Shown: positions 44,563-55,243, counted from the first letter of the stretch. The stretch is DNA of 64,000 nt from Candidatus Methylomirabilota bacterium (GCA_026387775.1 JAPLLC010000106.1:2004-66003), one strand, 5' to 3'. Program-made: numbers and translations. Notes: a model not told the origin generated them from the letters alone.

Positions 44563-46227
44563 ATGCCCATGATGAGCACAGGCCGTTTCTTCGCCGACAC
44601 ACTGCAAGGGTACGGCGTCACCCACGTCTTCATCGTGCCGGCCATCTTTCAGCAGGCCATGGCTGCGATGGAGGAGACGGCCATCACGCGGGTCACGACG
44701 CACCACGAGATGGCGGCCGCCTACATGGCCGACGGCTACGCAAGGACTGCTCGCAAGCCGGGGATCTGCATGGGGCAGGCGGTGGGGGCTGGAAATCTGG
44801 CGGCGGGCCTCCGGGATGCGTATCAAGCCTGCTCGCCGGTGATCGCGATCAGTGGGGGGCCGCAACCCGACGCGCGCTACCGGTACTTCTATCAGATCGT
44901 GGAAGACTTTCCGATGTTTACACCGGTCACGAAACTGAACGCCATGGTGCAGCGACCCGACCGGCTCCCGGACCTCTTGCGGCAAGCGTTCCGGACCGCC
45001 ACGACAGGGACGCCCGGGCCGGTGCACCTGGAGTTGCCGGGGCGACTCGGTGAGCAGGTACAGGGCGACGGGGATTTCGCGGTTCTCGTGGAGGAGCAGT
45101 TCACTCGCTTTCCGGCTCATCGCCCGGCGTCGGATCCACTGGCGGTGGAGAGAGCTGTGGCGCTGCTCGCAGTGGCCGAGCGCCCCGTGATCGTGGCAGG
45201 CGGAGGGATCACCGCCTCGGATGCGCGGGCGGAGCTGGTGGAGCTCGCGGAGAAACTCTCCATCCCGGTGGCCGTCACGATGAACGGCAAGGAGAACATC
45301 GCGGACGACCACCCGCTTTCCCTGGGGAACGTGGGGACGTACGGACGCCGCGCCGCGAACCAGATCGTGGCGGAGGCGGATCTTGTCTTCTTCGCCGGGA
45401 GTCGAGCCGGGGGACTCACCACCAACAACTGGAAACTCCCGCCGCCGGGGACCCGGACGATTCAGCTCGACATCAATGGGGAGGAGCTTGGGAGGACCTA
45501 TCCCGCCGCAGTCGGGCTGCTGGGTGATGCCAGGCGGACCCTGCGGCAGATGATCGATGCCGCACCGCGATCCCTGCCCAGGGCAGCCTGGGTGCAGCAT
45601 GCGCAAGAGGCGCTACAGGTGTGGCGAGACGGTATTGCGCACGAACGGATCTCCGATGCGGTGCCGATCCGGCCGGAGCGAATCTGCAAGGAGATCTCCG
45701 AGTTTCTGCCGGCGGAGGCCATCCTGGTGGCGGACACCGGTCACGCGGCCATCTGGACCGGGACAATGGTCGGTCTTACCAGGCCCGGGCAACGCTACAT
45801 CCGCTGCGCCGGTACGCTCGGGTGGGGATTCCCGGCGGCCCTGGGCGCCAAGTGCGCGGCGCCTGACCGACCGGTCCTGTGTTTCACCGGGGACGGGGGG
45901 CTGTGTTACCACCTGGCGGAGCTGGAGACGGCGGCGCGCGCCGGGATCAACGCCGTGATTCTGGTGAACAACAACGGGGCGCTGCAGCAGGTGAAGAAGG
46001 GGATCGACACCGCCTACGGCGGGAAGCAGTGGGGGCGCTCGAAGGAGATGTGGGTCTTCAAGCCGGGGACCAACTATGCGCGGGTGGCGGAGGATCTGGG
46101 GTGTCTGGGGATCCGGGTCGAGACGCCGGGCGAAATCCAGGGGGCGCTGGAGAAGGCCTTCGCCGCGGGCCGGCCGGCCCTGATCGACGTGGTCACGGAC
46201 ATCGAGGCTGCTCCCGCCTGGGGGTAG
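44563..46227 (+). CDS. thiamine diphosphate-dependent enzyme (acetolactate synthase-like)
   Basis: ThDP-binding motif GTLGWGFPAALGAK...GDGG...NNN. GGAGGTGAG RBS lies before the ATG at 44563. Confidence 0.8.
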   Translation: MPMMSTGRFFADTLQGYGVTHVFIVPAIFQQAMAAMEETAITRVTTHHEMAAAYMADGYARTARKPGICMGQAVGAGNLAAGLRDAYQACSPVIAISGGPQPDARYRYFYQIVEDFPMFTPVTKLNAMVQRPDRLPDLLRQAFRTATTGTPGPVHLELPGRLGEQVQGDGDFAVLVEEQFTRFPAHRPASDPLAVERAVALLAVAERPVIVAGGGITASDARAELVELAEKLSIPVAVTMNGKENIADDHPLSLGNVGTYGRRAANQIVAEADLVFFAGSRAGGLTTNNWKLPPPGTRTIQLDINGEELGRTYPAAVGLLGDARRTLRQMIDAAPRSLPRAAWVQHAQEALQVWRDGIAHERISDAVPIRPERICKEISEFLPAEAILVADTGHAAIWTGTMVGLTRPGQRYIRCAGTLGWGFPAALGAKCAAPDRPVLCFTGDGGLCYHLAELETAARAGINAVILVNNNGALQQVKKGIDTAYGGKQWGRSKEMWVFKPGTNYARVAEDLGCLGIRVETPGEIQGALEKAFAAGRPALIDVVTDIEAAPAWG

Positions 46228-46353
46228 AGCAACGTTGAGCAAGCGCGGCTCGGCTTCCCGTCACCGTGCCTCGACACGCGCCCCTGGATGCGCTTCCGCT
46301 TCCGTTCCGTTTCCCATCTCCGGTCCCGCGCATCTCCCCCAGCCTCGGGACCC

Positions 46354-46467
46354 TCAGTCTTTCTCTTCTTCCTTCCTATCCTTCCGCATCATCCACCAAC
46401 ACCACCAGACCAGACCCACTATCATTATCGACATGATCCCCAATCCCAACCACGGACCTTCCATCAT
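46354..46467 (-). CDS. candidate 37-aa membrane peptide (MMEGPWLGLGIMSIMIVGLVWWCWWMMRKDRKEEEKD)
   Basis: My own translation. GGAAGGAAGG RBS lies 6 nt upstream. One TM helix plus a charged tail. GGTCCCG...CGGGACC hairpin lies after the stop. Too short for the ORF track. Confidence 0.3.
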   Translation of the reverse strand: MMEGPWLGLGIMSIMIVGLVWWCWWMMRKDRKEEEKD

Positions 46468-46545
46468 GGCTCGCCTTCCTTCCCGGTGAGTAGAGTTTGC
46501 GCGTTGGGAAGATGCGTCGGATGACTGCGGCTGTGATGGTGCGTG

Positions 46546-47025
46546 CTATGCGGGGTCGGCGGAGAGGGGACCGGTCTTGGCAAGCGCTCGCTGGAGATTC
46601 ACCCTGGGGAGCATCCGACGTTGCCGGACACCTATGGGGATCGTGCCTAGCGAGAGGCCGTGACGCTCAGTCGTGGAACTTCGGGACAGAGAAAGAGAGA
46701 GGAATCCGATCGAATCGGGGGTGAAAGGGTCTGCGCGGAAGAAGCGGTCGGCCTCGACTTGAAGCGCCTCGGCCATGAGGATGCCGTCGGCAGGCCGGCT
46801 GATCATCTGCGAGCCATCCACATCCAGGATGTCGAAGATGAGGTAGGCGCCAAATATCAGCAGGGCGGAGACGATCACACCCCACCATACCCACGATCGC
46901 CGCCGTTGTGCCGTGCCGAGCCGCACCGCTCTACTCCTGGGCCAGAGGCTTCGCGTAGCGAGGGACTTGTAGCACAGCCACTTCGGCGCTGTCAATTGGC
47001 GGGCGTCCCTCGGTAGATCCGGCAT
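46546..47025 (-). CDS. hypothetical single-TM protein
   Basis: The only long ORF in this stretch, with TM segment WVWWGVIVSALLIFGAYLIF. Start uncertain and no homology recognised. Confidence 0.3.
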   Translation of the reverse strand: MPDLPRDARQLTAPKWLCYKSLATRSLWPRSRAVRLGTAQRRRSWVWWGVIVSALLIFGAYLIFDILDVDGSQMISRPADGILMAEALQVEADRFFRADPFTPDSIGFLSLSLSRSSTTERHGLSLGTIPIGVRQRRMLPRVNLQRALAKTGPLSADPA

Positions 47026-47026
47026 G

Positions 47027-47129
47027 CTAAGCCGTTGTCAAAGAATAACTTGACCGGGAAATTCCGGAAACGGCATAAGGAGCCGTAACGAAATTCCAAT
47101 AAATGGACAAGTAATTTCGTAACGGCTCC
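47027..47129 (-). repeat. interspersed repeat family 2, copy 2
   Basis: Reverse complement matches 19103..19207. Abuts the TAG stop of kdpE. Confidence 0.8.
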
Positions 47130-47878
47130 TAATCCGCGGCCAAGCGGTATCCCACGCCGGCTTCGGTCAGCAGATATTTGGGGCGCGTCGGGTCGGCCTC
47201 GAGCTTGCGACGGAGCAGCGCCATGTAGACGCGGAGATAATGGGCCTGGTCGGCGTAGGGCGGGCCCCACACCTCGGTCAGGAGCTGGCGTTGCGTAAGA
47301 ATCTTCCCGGCGTGTTTCGCCAGCATGGCAAGCAGCCGGTACTCGATGGGGGTCAGGTGGATCTCGGTTCCCGCCATCATCACCCGCCGATGCGCGAGGT
47401 CGACGTGAAGCTCCCCCACCGTGATGGGTGAACCGTCTTCCCGTTCATCTGGACGGGACGCGTGCCGCAGGGCGACCCGCATCCGTGCCAGCAGTTCTCC
47501 GATGCCGAACGGTTTGCTGACATAATCGTCGGCGCCGGCATCCAGGGCAGCGATCTTGTCACTCTCCTGCCCGCGTGCCGAGAGGATAACGATCGGCACC
47601 GCGGTCCATTCGCGCAGGCGCCGGATCACCTCGAGCCCGTCGAAATCGGGGAGCCCGAGATCGAGAATGACGATGTCGGGCTTCCGTGTCTCGGCTTCCC
47701 GCAGTCCCTCGGCCCCAGTTGCTGCCTCGAACAAGCGATAGCCGTGGTTGGGCAGCGTCGTCCGCAGGAAACGTCGGATCTGCGGATCGTCTTCGACGAG
47801 GATGACGACCGATCCGCCACCGGAGACGGCGGGGATCGCCGTCCCCGACGCCGGAGGGCTGAGAGTCGGCTCAGACAT
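47129..47878 (-). CDS. kdpE: OmpR-family response regulator KdpE
   Basis: Receiver motifs DLGLPDFDG and KPF, plus a winged-helix C-terminus LTPIEYRLL...GVGYRL. Overlaps kdpD by 8 nt. Confidence 0.9.
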   Translation of the reverse strand: MSEPTLSPPASGTAIPAVSGGGSVVILVEDDPQIRRFLRTTLPNHGYRLFEAATGAEGLREAETRKPDIVILDLGLPDFDGLEVIRRLREWTAVPIVILSARGQESDKIAALDAGADDYVSKPFGIGELLARMRVALRHASRPDEREDGSPITVGELHVDLAHRRVMMAGTEIHLTPIEYRLLAMLAKHAGKILTQRQLLTEVWGPPYADQAHYLRVYMALLRRKLEADPTRPKYLLTEAGVGYRLAAD

Positions 47879-50483
47879 CTTCGGGCACCTCTGGCGGCCG
47901 TTCCGTGGCCGGCAATGTGAAGCGGAACACCGCGCCCCCCTCCGGGCGATTCCAGGCCCAGATCTTCCCGCCGTGGGCCTCGAGGATGGCCCGACAGATC
48001 GCCAGCCCTAGCCCGACACCCCGGATGGTCGCATCGTGGCCCCGGTAGAATTTCTCGAACACCCGCTGTTCGTCGCCGGCCGCGACCCCCGGTCCCCGAT
48101 CGGCCACCTCGACGCGCACGATGCCGTTCTGCCGGGCGGCAGAGATCTCGATCGGGCTTCCCGGTGGGGTATACTTGACGGCATTCTCGATCAGGTTGAC
48201 GAGGACTTGTTCGATCATCACCGCGTCAAGCTGGACGAGGGGGGGGTCGGCGGGCAGCTCGACGGCGACCGGCCGGCCTTGCAGCCGCTTTTCCATGTGG
48301 CCGAGGGCCGTGCCGACCACCTCTTCCAACAAATGCCACTCTTTCTTGACCGTGACCGGGCCGGACTCAAGCCGCATCATGTCCAGCAGGTTGTTGACGA
48401 GGCGGTTCAATCGCTCCACCTCGTCGTAGACGGACTGCAGGAGTCCCCGCCGCGTGGTCCGGTCGAGCTGGTCCTCATCCTCCAGCACGCTGCTCAGGGT
48501 TCCCGTGATGGAGGCGAGGGGCGTGCGGAGATCGTGGGACACGGAGCTGAGCAGGGAGCTGCGCAACTGTTCGGTCTCCGCCTTGACGTGAGCCTGCTGG
48601 GCCTCCTCGGCCAGCTGGGCTCGCTCGAAGGCGAGGGCGGCCTGGTTCGCGAAGGCTTCCAGGAGGTGGAGCTGCTCGGGGGCCTCCAGGGCGTGAGGCT
48701 CCGCCGGCCGGATCCCCAGGACCCCGAGGGTTCCCCGGGATGCAGTCAACGGCAAGAAGAGTGCCGTCGCGCCCGGGAGCGTCCCCGTCCCCGGCCCCGC
48801 CATCTGGCCGTGCTCGTACACCCACTGGCTTGCGCCAAGGTCCGTGGTGTCCCGGTCGAACTGCGCCGAAAGGCCGATCTGCTGGGTGAGCTGCCGCGTC
48901 GCATCGGGCAGCAGGACCACCGCCTGGCAGCGAAAGACATCCGCGAGGTGCCGCACGGCGGTCTCCAAGACGGTGCGGACGCCTCGGCTTCCCGCCAGCT
49001 CCCGACTCATGGCGTAGAGGGCCGCCGTGCGTCGCTCCATCACGCCGAAGGTGACGAAGTACTGCGTATCCGACACAGAGAACGTGTAGTAGGGCGGGAC
49101 GAAGAAGAAATCGAACGCCGCGACGCTCAGGATCGAGGCCAAGATGGAGGGGCCCAGCCCGATGCGCGTCGCGACCACCACGACGCCGAGAAGGTACGCC
49201 ATGATGAGATTGGAGAGCTCGAAGTAGGGAAACATCAACCAGGCGAGGCCCGTACAGAGGCCGAACACGAGACTCGCCAGCCCGTACCCCGCCCAGTCGG
49301 CTCCCCGCTCCCGGAGGCGCGCACGCGGCACCGGTCGGGGGTATCCCTCCCCGCTGATGACATGGATGTCGATCTCGCCGCTGCCCCGGATGAGGGCGTC
49401 GGCGATCGAGCCGAACAGGAGACGCCGCCAGAGCGGCCGAAGCGGCTTTCCGATCACGATCTTGGTGACATTGCGCGTGCGGGCGAAGGCCAGGAGTTCC
49501 TCGCTGATCGATTGACCGGTGAGCGTGACCGTCTCGGCGCCGAGCTGTTCCGCCAGTCGCAGGGTGTCCGCCAGCCGGCTTCGATCTTCGGGGGACAGGC
49601 GCACCTGCCCCGGCGTCTCGACGTAGGCGACGATCCACTCGGCGCGCAGTGCCGTAGCCATGCGCTTGGCGGCGCGGACCACCCGCGGCGACTGAGGACT
49701 CGAACTGATGGAGATCAGCAGTCGCTCGGCCACGGGCCAAGTCGTGCCGATGGCATGGTCCCGCATGTAGCCCCGCATGGAGATGTCCACGCGGTCGGCG
49801 GTGCGGCGAAGGGCCAGCTCCCGCAGCGCGATCAGATTCCCTTTGCGAAAGAAGTTCCGGATCGCCTCTTGGGCGTTCTCGGGGACGTAAACCTTCCCAT
49901 CCTTGAGCCGCTCCAGGAGCTCGTCGGGAGGGAGGTCCACCAACGCAACCTCGTCCGCCTCATCGAGAATGGCATCGGGGACGGTCTCGCGGACCACGAC
50001 CCCCGTGATCTTGGCGACCACATCGGTGAGACTCTCGATGTGCTGGATGTTGAGCGTGGTGTAAACGTCGATGCCGGAGTTGAGGATCTCTGTGACGTCC
50101 TGCCAGCGCTTGGGGTGACGCACGCTGGGAGCGTTGGTGTGGGCCAATTCGTCCACGAGGAGGATCGCGGGCCGACGCGCGAGGGCCCCGTCCAGGTCGA
50201 ACTCCTTGAGAGCAGTGCCGCGGTACTCCACGCGGCGGGGCGAGAGAATCTCGAGTCCCTGCAGAAGGGCCTCGGTTTCGGCCCGTCCGTGGGTTTCCGC
50301 CCACCCGACGGCGACGTCCAAGCCTTCGGAGCGCCGTTCGTGGGCCGCCTGGAGCATGGCATAGGTCTTCCCCACGCCCGCCGCGGCGCCGAGGAAGATC
50401 TTGAGCTTGCCGCGCGCCCGGCGAGTCTCCTCGGCCTGCACGTGGACCAGGAGGGCGTCCGGGTCGGGACGATGCTCGCTCAT
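47871..50483 (-). CDS. kdpD: sensor histidine kinase KdpD (apparent in-frame loss of TM4)
   Basis: N-terminal KdpD domain with Walker A GAAAGVGKT, a Usp-like region, TM block, H-box SHDLRTPL and G-boxes. Confidence 0.9.
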   Translation of the reverse strand: MSEHRPDPDALLVHVQAEETRRARGKLKIFLGAAAGVGKTYAMLQAAHERRSEGLDVAVGWAETHGRAETEALLQGLEILSPRRVEYRGTALKEFDLDGALARRPAILLVDELAHTNAPSVRHPKRWQDVTEILNSGIDVYTTLNIQHIESLTDVVAKITGVVVRETVPDAILDEADEVALVDLPPDELLERLKDGKVYVPENAQEAIRNFFRKGNLIALRELALRRTADRVDISMRGYMRDHAIGTTWPVAERLLISISSSPQSPRVVRAAKRMATALRAEWIVAYVETPGQVRLSPEDRSRLADTLRLAEQLGAETVTLTGQSISEELLAFARTRNVTKIVIGKPLRPLWRRLLFGSIADALIRGSGEIDIHVISGEGYPRPVPRARLRERGADWAGYGLASLVFGLCTGLAWLMFPYFELSNLIMAYLLGVVVVATRIGLGPSILASILSVAAFDFFFVPPYYTFSVSDTQYFVTFGVMERRTAALYAMSRELAGSRGVRTVLETAVRHLADVFRCQAVVLLPDATRQLTQQIGLSAQFDRDTTDLGASQWVYEHGQMAGPGTGTLPGATALFLPLTASRGTLGVLGIRPAEPHALEAPEQLHLLEAFANQAALAFERAQLAEEAQQAHVKAETEQLRSSLLSSVSHDLRTPLASITGTLSSVLEDEDQLDRTTRRGLLQSVYDEVERLNRLVNNLLDMMRLESGPVTVKKEWHLLEEVVGTALGHMEKRLQGRPVAVELPADPPLVQLDAVMIEQVLVNLIENAVKYTPPGSPIEISAARQNGIVRVEVADRGPGVAAGDEQRVFEKFYRGHDATIRGVGLGLAICRAILEAHGGKIWAWNRPEGGAVFRFTLPATERPPEVPEDV

Positions 50484-50519
50484 GCAATGATCTCCTGCGC
50501 GGCCTCGATCCGCCGCCGA

Positions 50520-51092
50520 CTACTTCGCCTGGTCAAGGGCAAGATTGAGCTGGAGCACGTTCACCCTGGGCTCGCCGAGAATCCCGAACTGCCGGCCCAC
50601 AGTATACTGCTCCACCAGGCTGCGTACCGCCTCTTCGGTGAGGCCGCGGGTTTTCGCGACCCGGCGCACCTGGTAGAGAGCCGCGGCCGGGCTGATCTGC
50701 GGGTCGAGGCCGCTGCCCGATGTGGTCACGAGATCCACCGGGACAGGCGTCGCGTTGCCTGGATCCGCGGCCCGGAGGGCCTCGATACGGCCCTGGACCT
50801 GCTTCTGGAGGTCCGGGTTGGTGGGGCCGAGATTAGAGCCCGAGGACGATCCAGCGTTATTCGGAAACGGCGTCGTCGCCGATGGCCGCCCCCAGAAGTA
50901 CTTGGGATCGTCGAAGGGCTGTCCGATGAGGCTCGACCCCACGGCCTTGCCGTCCTTCATGATCAGGCTGCCGTTCGCCTGGCCGGGGAAGAGGAGTTGG
51001 GCGATACCGGTCACCGCCAGGGGATAGAGTAACCCCGTGAGGACCGTCAGCGCAATCAGGGAAACGAGGGCCGGCCGAAGATGGGTGCCCAT
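50520..51092 (-). CDS. kdpC: K+-transporting ATPase subunit C
   Basis: LLYPL..TGIAQ..FP.QANGSLI and GSGLDP motifs. Confidence 0.9.
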   Translation of the reverse strand: MGTHLRPALVSLIALTVLTGLLYPLAVTGIAQLLFPGQANGSLIMKDGKAVGSSLIGQPFDDPKYFWGRPSATTPFPNNAGSSSGSNLGPTNPDLQKQVQGRIEALRAADPGNATPVPVDLVTTSGSGLDPQISPAAALYQVRRVAKTRGLTEEAVRSLVEQYTVGRQFGILGEPRVNVLQLNLALDQAK

Positions 51093-51103
51093 GGCAGTTC
51101 TCC

Positions 51104-53176
51104 TTACACCAGTCGCAGCGCGACTAGAAGCATGTCGATGGCCTTGATGCCGACGAAGGGGATGATGATCCCGCCGACACCGTACAGCAGGAGATAGCGG
51201 CGGAGCATCGCTGCCGCTCCGAGGGGCCGGTACTTCACGCCGCGAAGCGCCAGCGGGACGAGCGCGATGATGATCAGCGCGTTGAAGATCACGGCGGACA
51301 TGATCGCGCTCTCGGGGGTGGCCAGGCGCATGATGTCCAGCGCCTTGAGTGCCGGATAGGTGGTGGCGAACGCCGCCGGGATGATGGCGAAGTATTTGGC
51401 GACGTCGTTCGAGATGCTGAACGTCGTCAGCGCACCTCGGGTCATCAGGAGCTGCTTGCCGACCTCGACCACCTCCATCAGCTTGGTTGGGTTGGAATCG
51501 AGGTCCACCATGTTGCCGGCTTCCTTGGCGGCCTGGGTGCCGGTGTTCATCGCCACGGCCACGTCCGCTTGCGCCAGCGCCGGGGCGTCGTTGGTGCCGT
51601 CCCCGGTCATGGCGACGAGCCGGCCTTCGGCCTGGATGTCGCGGATCAGCTTGAGCTTCGCCTCAGGGGTGGCCTGGGCCAGGAAGTCGTCCACGCCGGC
51701 CTCGGCGGCGATGGCAGCGGCGGTCAAGGGGTTATCCCCGGTGATCATGATGGTCTTGATACCCATCCGGCGCAGCTCGCCAAACCGCTCCTTGATGCCG
51801 CCCTTGACGATGTCTTTGAGTTGAATGACCCCGAGGGTCTTCGCGCCCTCCGCAACGACCAGGGGGGTCGCGCCGTCCTTCGCGATGCGGTCCACCGTCG
51901 TCCGGACCTCCGGGGGGACGACGCCGCCCAAGCCCTTCACGTACGCCTCGATGGCATCGGCGGCGCCCTTCCGGATCTCGCGGCCGTTCAGGTTGACTCC
52001 ACTCATCCGGGTCTGGGCCGTGAATGGCACGAAGGTAGCGCCCATGGCGCGGAGGTCCCGTTCCCGGAGGCCGTACTTCTCCTTGGCAAGTACGACGATG
52101 CTGCGGCCTTCCGGCGTCTCATCTGGAAGGGAGGACATCTGCGCCGCATCGGCCAGGTCTTTCTCCGCCACGCCGGGTGCGGGGAAAAACGCGGTGGCCT
52201 GCCGATTTCCCAGCGTGATGGTGCCGGTCTTATCCAGCAACAGGACGTCCACATCCCCGGCGGCCTCGACCGCCCGGCCAGACATCGCGATCACGTTGGC
52301 CTGGATCATCCGGTCCATGCCGGCGATCCCGATGGCCGAGAGCAGGCCCCCGATGGTGGTCGGGATCAGGCAGACCAGGAGGGCGACGAGGACCGTGACC
52401 GTGATCGGCGTCCCCTGGCCCGCCGCCTTGACGCTGTAGAGCGAGTAGGGCAAGAGCGTCGCGCAGGCCAGCAGGAACACGATGGTCAACCCTGCCAAGA
52501 GCACATCGAGGGCGATCTCATTGGGCGTTTTTTGACGCTTGGCGCCTTCGACGAGCGCGATCATGCGATCCAGGAAGGCCTCGCCCGGATTGGCCGTCAC
52601 CTTCACGATCAGCCAATCGGAGAGCACCTGTGTCCCCCCTGTGACCGAGCTGCGGTCGCCGCCGCTCTCGCGAATCACCGGGGCGCTCTCGCCCGTGATG
52701 GCGCTCTCGTTCACCGAGGCGATTCCCTCGATTACTTCGCCGTCGGCGGGAATGAAATCCCCGGCCTCGACGAGCACGACATCATCCTTGCGTAACGTCG
52801 TCCCGGCCACCATCGTGAATGCCGCCCCACGCTCGGCTCTTGGGAGGCGTTTGGCCTGGATGTCCCGACGCGCCTTCCGGAGCGAGGCCGCCTGGGCCTT
52901 GCCCCGGCCTTCCGCCATGGCCTCGGCGAAGTTGGCGAAAAGGACCGTGAACCAGAGCCATACCGACACGGCCAGGATGAAACCGGCCGGCGCTTCACCC
53001 TTGCCCACCAGGGCATGGAAGAAGAGCAGTGTCGTGAGAATCGATCCTACGTACACCACGAACATGACCGGATTGCGGATCTGACGTTGAGGCGTCAGCT
53101 TGCGGACCGAGTCGATCACCGCCTGCCCGACGATTGGCGCGTCGAACAGGGGGCGGGCCTTCGCTTGCGTTGTCAT
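51104..53176 (-). CDS. kdpB: K+-transporting P-type ATPase subunit B
   Basis: DKTGTIT phosphorylation site, TGDN and GDGTNDAP motifs. Confidence 0.95.
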   Translation of the reverse strand: MTTQAKARPLFDAPIVGQAVIDSVRKLTPQRQIRNPVMFVVYVGSILTTLLFFHALVGKGEAPAGFILAVSVWLWFTVLFANFAEAMAEGRGKAQAASLRKARRDIQAKRLPRAERGAAFTMVAGTTLRKDDVVLVEAGDFIPADGEVIEGIASVNESAITGESAPVIRESGGDRSSVTGGTQVLSDWLIVKVTANPGEAFLDRMIALVEGAKRQKTPNEIALDVLLAGLTIVFLLACATLLPYSLYSVKAAGQGTPITVTVLVALLVCLIPTTIGGLLSAIGIAGMDRMIQANVIAMSGRAVEAAGDVDVLLLDKTGTITLGNRQATAFFPAPGVAEKDLADAAQMSSLPDETPEGRSIVVLAKEKYGLRERDLRAMGATFVPFTAQTRMSGVNLNGREIRKGAADAIEAYVKGLGGVVPPEVRTTVDRIAKDGATPLVVAEGAKTLGVIQLKDIVKGGIKERFGELRRMGIKTIMITGDNPLTAAAIAAEAGVDDFLAQATPEAKLKLIRDIQAEGRLVAMTGDGTNDAPALAQADVAVAMNTGTQAAKEAGNMVDLDSNPTKLMEVVEVGKQLLMTRGALTTFSISNDVAKYFAIIPAAFATTYPALKALDIMRLATPESAIMSAVIFNALIIIALVPLALRGVKYRPLGAAAMLRRYLLLYGVGGIIIPFVGIKAIDMLLVALRLV

Positions 53177-53188
53177 GGGACTCTCACC

Positions 53189-54997
53189 TCACTTCATGGC
53201 GAGCATCTGGAGATGCTCGACGATGGGACCAAGCGCCAGCGCCGGGAAGAACGTGAGCGCCCCGACGAGGATCACGACGCCGATCAGCAGCGCTACAAAC
53301 AAGGGGGTGTGCGTGGGGAGTGTGCCCACGCTGGCCGGGACGATCTTCTTCCGCGCCAGGGATCCGGCGATTGCCAGGGTCGGGACAGCGAGCCAGTAGC
53401 GGGCCAAGAGCATTGCCAGACCGCCGGTCAGGTTGACGAACGGGATGTTGGCGTTGTAGCCCGCGAAGGCGCTGCCGTTATTGTTGCCCATAGAGGAGTA
53501 AGCGTACAGGATTTCGCTGAATCCGTGCGCCCCCGGATTCGCGAGCGAAGCCAGGGCGGACGGCGTCATGACCGCGACAGCGGTGCCGATCAATACCACC
53601 GCGGGGGGGATCAGGATGACGAGCGCGGCCATCTTCATCTCGTACGCCTCGATCTTCTTGCCCAAGTACTCTGGTGTCCGGCCGACCATCAACCCAGCGA
53701 CAAAGACCGCGATGATGGCGAACACCAACATCCCGTACAGCCCCGACCCCACGCCGCCGTAGATCACCTCACCGAGCTGGATCATCCACATGGGGACCAA
53801 GCCCCCAAGCGGGGTGAAGGAATCGTGCATCGAGTTGACCGAACCGTTCGAGGCAGCGGTCGTCGCGGTCGCCCACAGGGCCGAGTTGGCGATGCCGAAG
53901 CGTACCTCCTTGCCCTCCATATTGCCGCCGGACTGCAGGCCGGACGCCTGCTGGTCGATTCCCAGCTTGGCCAGGACGGGATTCCCGGCCTGCTCGGATA
54001 CGGCACACACGGCGAGGAGGGCCACGAAGACGACCGTCATGGCCGCCAGGATAACCCAGCCCTGGCGGGTGTCGCCGACCATAACGCCAAAGGTATAACA
54101 GAGGGCGGCGGAGATCACGAGGATGGACAGCACCTCCAGGAAGTTCGAGAGGGGTGTCGGGTTCTCGAACGGGTGAGCCGAGTTGACGTTGAAGAATCCT
54201 CCCCCGTTGGTCCCGAGCTGCTTGATGGCCACTTGCGACGCCGCAGGCCCGACCGCCAGCACCTGTTCCGTCAGCGTTGACTTCTTGGTCTTGGGCTGGC
54301 CCTTATCGTCGAGCACGGGTTTTCCGTCCGGGTCCATGACGGGTTCGTCGTAGCCGGTCTGCTGGACCACGTTGACCTTCGCATAGGTGCCAAAAGTCTG
54401 GACGACGCCCTGAGAGACCAGCGCGACCGCCAGGGCCAGCGAGAGCGGCAGCAAGATGTAGAGCGTGCTCCGGGTGAGATCCACCCAAAAGTTGCCGATG
54501 GTCTGCGCCGATCGGCGCGCCAAGCCACGAATTAGCGCAATCAGCGTTGCCATCCCGGCGGCAGCCGACACGAAGTTCTGGACTGTCAGTCCGACCATCT
54601 GCGTGAGGTAGCTCATGGTGGTCTCGCCGCCGTACCCCTGCCAGTTCGTGTTGGTCGCAAAACTCACGGCTGTATTGAACGAGGAATCCGGCGATACGGG
54701 GCCGAGCCCCTGGGGATTCAGGGGCAGGACGTGCTGGAGCCGCTGCAGCCCGTACACAACCAGGAATCCGGCGAGGTTGAATACGAGCATGGCGATGGCG
54801 TACGTCTGCCAGTCCATCTCTTCATCGGCCCGAACCCCGGACAGCCGATAGATGAGACGCTCCAGCGGGCCGAGAACCCGGGCGAGGCCGATCGGTCTGT
54901 TATCGTAGACGCGGGCCATGTAGGCGCCCAGCGGCTTGGCGAGAGCGATCAACACAACAACATAGATCGCGAGTTGAAGGAATCCATTCGCGGTCAT
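53189..54997 (-). CDS. kdpA: K+-transporting ATPase subunit A
   Basis: 602 aa polytopic protein with typical KdpA N-terminus ...[26 protein letters not shown]. Confidence 0.95.
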   Translation of the reverse strand: MTANGFLQLAIYVVVLIALAKPLGAYMARVYDNRPIGLARVLGPLERLIYRLSGVRADEEMDWQTYAIAMLVFNLAGFLVVYGLQRLQHVLPLNPQGLGPVSPDSSFNTAVSFATNTNWQGYGGETTMSYLTQMVGLTVQNFVSAAAGMATLIALIRGLARRSAQTIGNFWVDLTRSTLYILLPLSLALAVALVSQGVVQTFGTYAKVNVVQQTGYDEPVMDPDGKPVLDDKGQPKTKKSTLTEQVLAVGPAASQVAIKQLGTNGGGFFNVNSAHPFENPTPLSNFLEVLSILVISAALCYTFGVMVGDTRQGWVILAAMTVVFVALLAVCAVSEQAGNPVLAKLGIDQQASGLQSGGNMEGKEVRFGIANSALWATATTAASNGSVNSMHDSFTPLGGLVPMWMIQLGEVIYGGVGSGLYGMLVFAIIAVFVAGLMVGRTPEYLGKKIEAYEMKMAALVILIPPAVVLIGTAVAVMTPSALASLANPGAHGFSEILYAYSSMGNNNGSAFAGYNANIPFVNLTGGLAMLLARYWLAVPTLAIAGSLARKKIVPASVGTLPTHTPLFVALLIGVVILVGALTFFPALALGPIVEHLQMLAMK

Positions 54998-55086
54998 GAG
55001 AAGACCTCCGGTTTGAGCAGCGCGATCACCAGGTAGATCAGCAACCCAACTGCGACAATGCCTCCGAGGACGTAAAGTGCGGACAT
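54994..55086 (-). CDS. kdpF: K+-transporting ATPase subunit F (30 aa)
   Basis: My own translation: [30 protein letters not shown]. KdpF-like ...YLxxALLxPExF ending. ATGA overlap with kdpA. Confidence 0.75.
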   Translation of the reverse strand: MSALYVLGGIVAVGLLIYLVIALLKPEVFS

Positions 55087-55096
55087 CGCCACCCTC

Positions 55097-55180
55097 CTAG
55101 ACGCGCTCGCAGAGCTTCACGAGCAGCCATGTCAAGCCGAAGAACACCAGGGTCAAAACCACGTAGATAACGTCCGCCAT
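55097..55180 (-). CDS. candidate 27-aa hydrophobic peptide upstream of kdpF (MADVIYVVLTLVFFGLTWLLVKLCERV)
   Basis: My own translation. GGAGGTG RBS lies 4 nt upstream of the ATG, and the stop lies 10 nt before kdpF. Confidence 0.3.
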   Translation of the reverse strand: MADVIYVVLTLVFFGLTWLLVKLCERV

Positions 55181-55214
55181 CACGCACCTCCTTGCGGGTT
55201 CTCTCCTGCGACCA

Positions 55215-55243
55215 AACATAGGACGCCCGCCCACGTGGGTCAA
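55215..55243 (-). promoter_or_regulatory. sigma70-like promoter of the kdp operon
   Basis: On the minus strand: TTGACC, 17 nt spacer, TATGTT, about 35 nt upstream of the first small ORF. Confidence 0.35.

Noticed and set aside
48036-51032. 998-aa ORF on the plus strand opposite kdpD/kdpC. Similar long antisense ORFs occur at 245..2287, 3068..5299, 3724..5433, 14088..15305, 17730..19085, 26237..27349, 38632..40140, 51569..52795, 53015..54280, 58591..59706, 59980..61266, 61004..62302 and 61513..62685.
   Set aside because: These are typical high-GC shadow ORFs. Their Arg/Gly/Pro/Asp-rich composition shows no domain signatures, and each fully overlaps a gene with clear family motifs on the other strand or frame.
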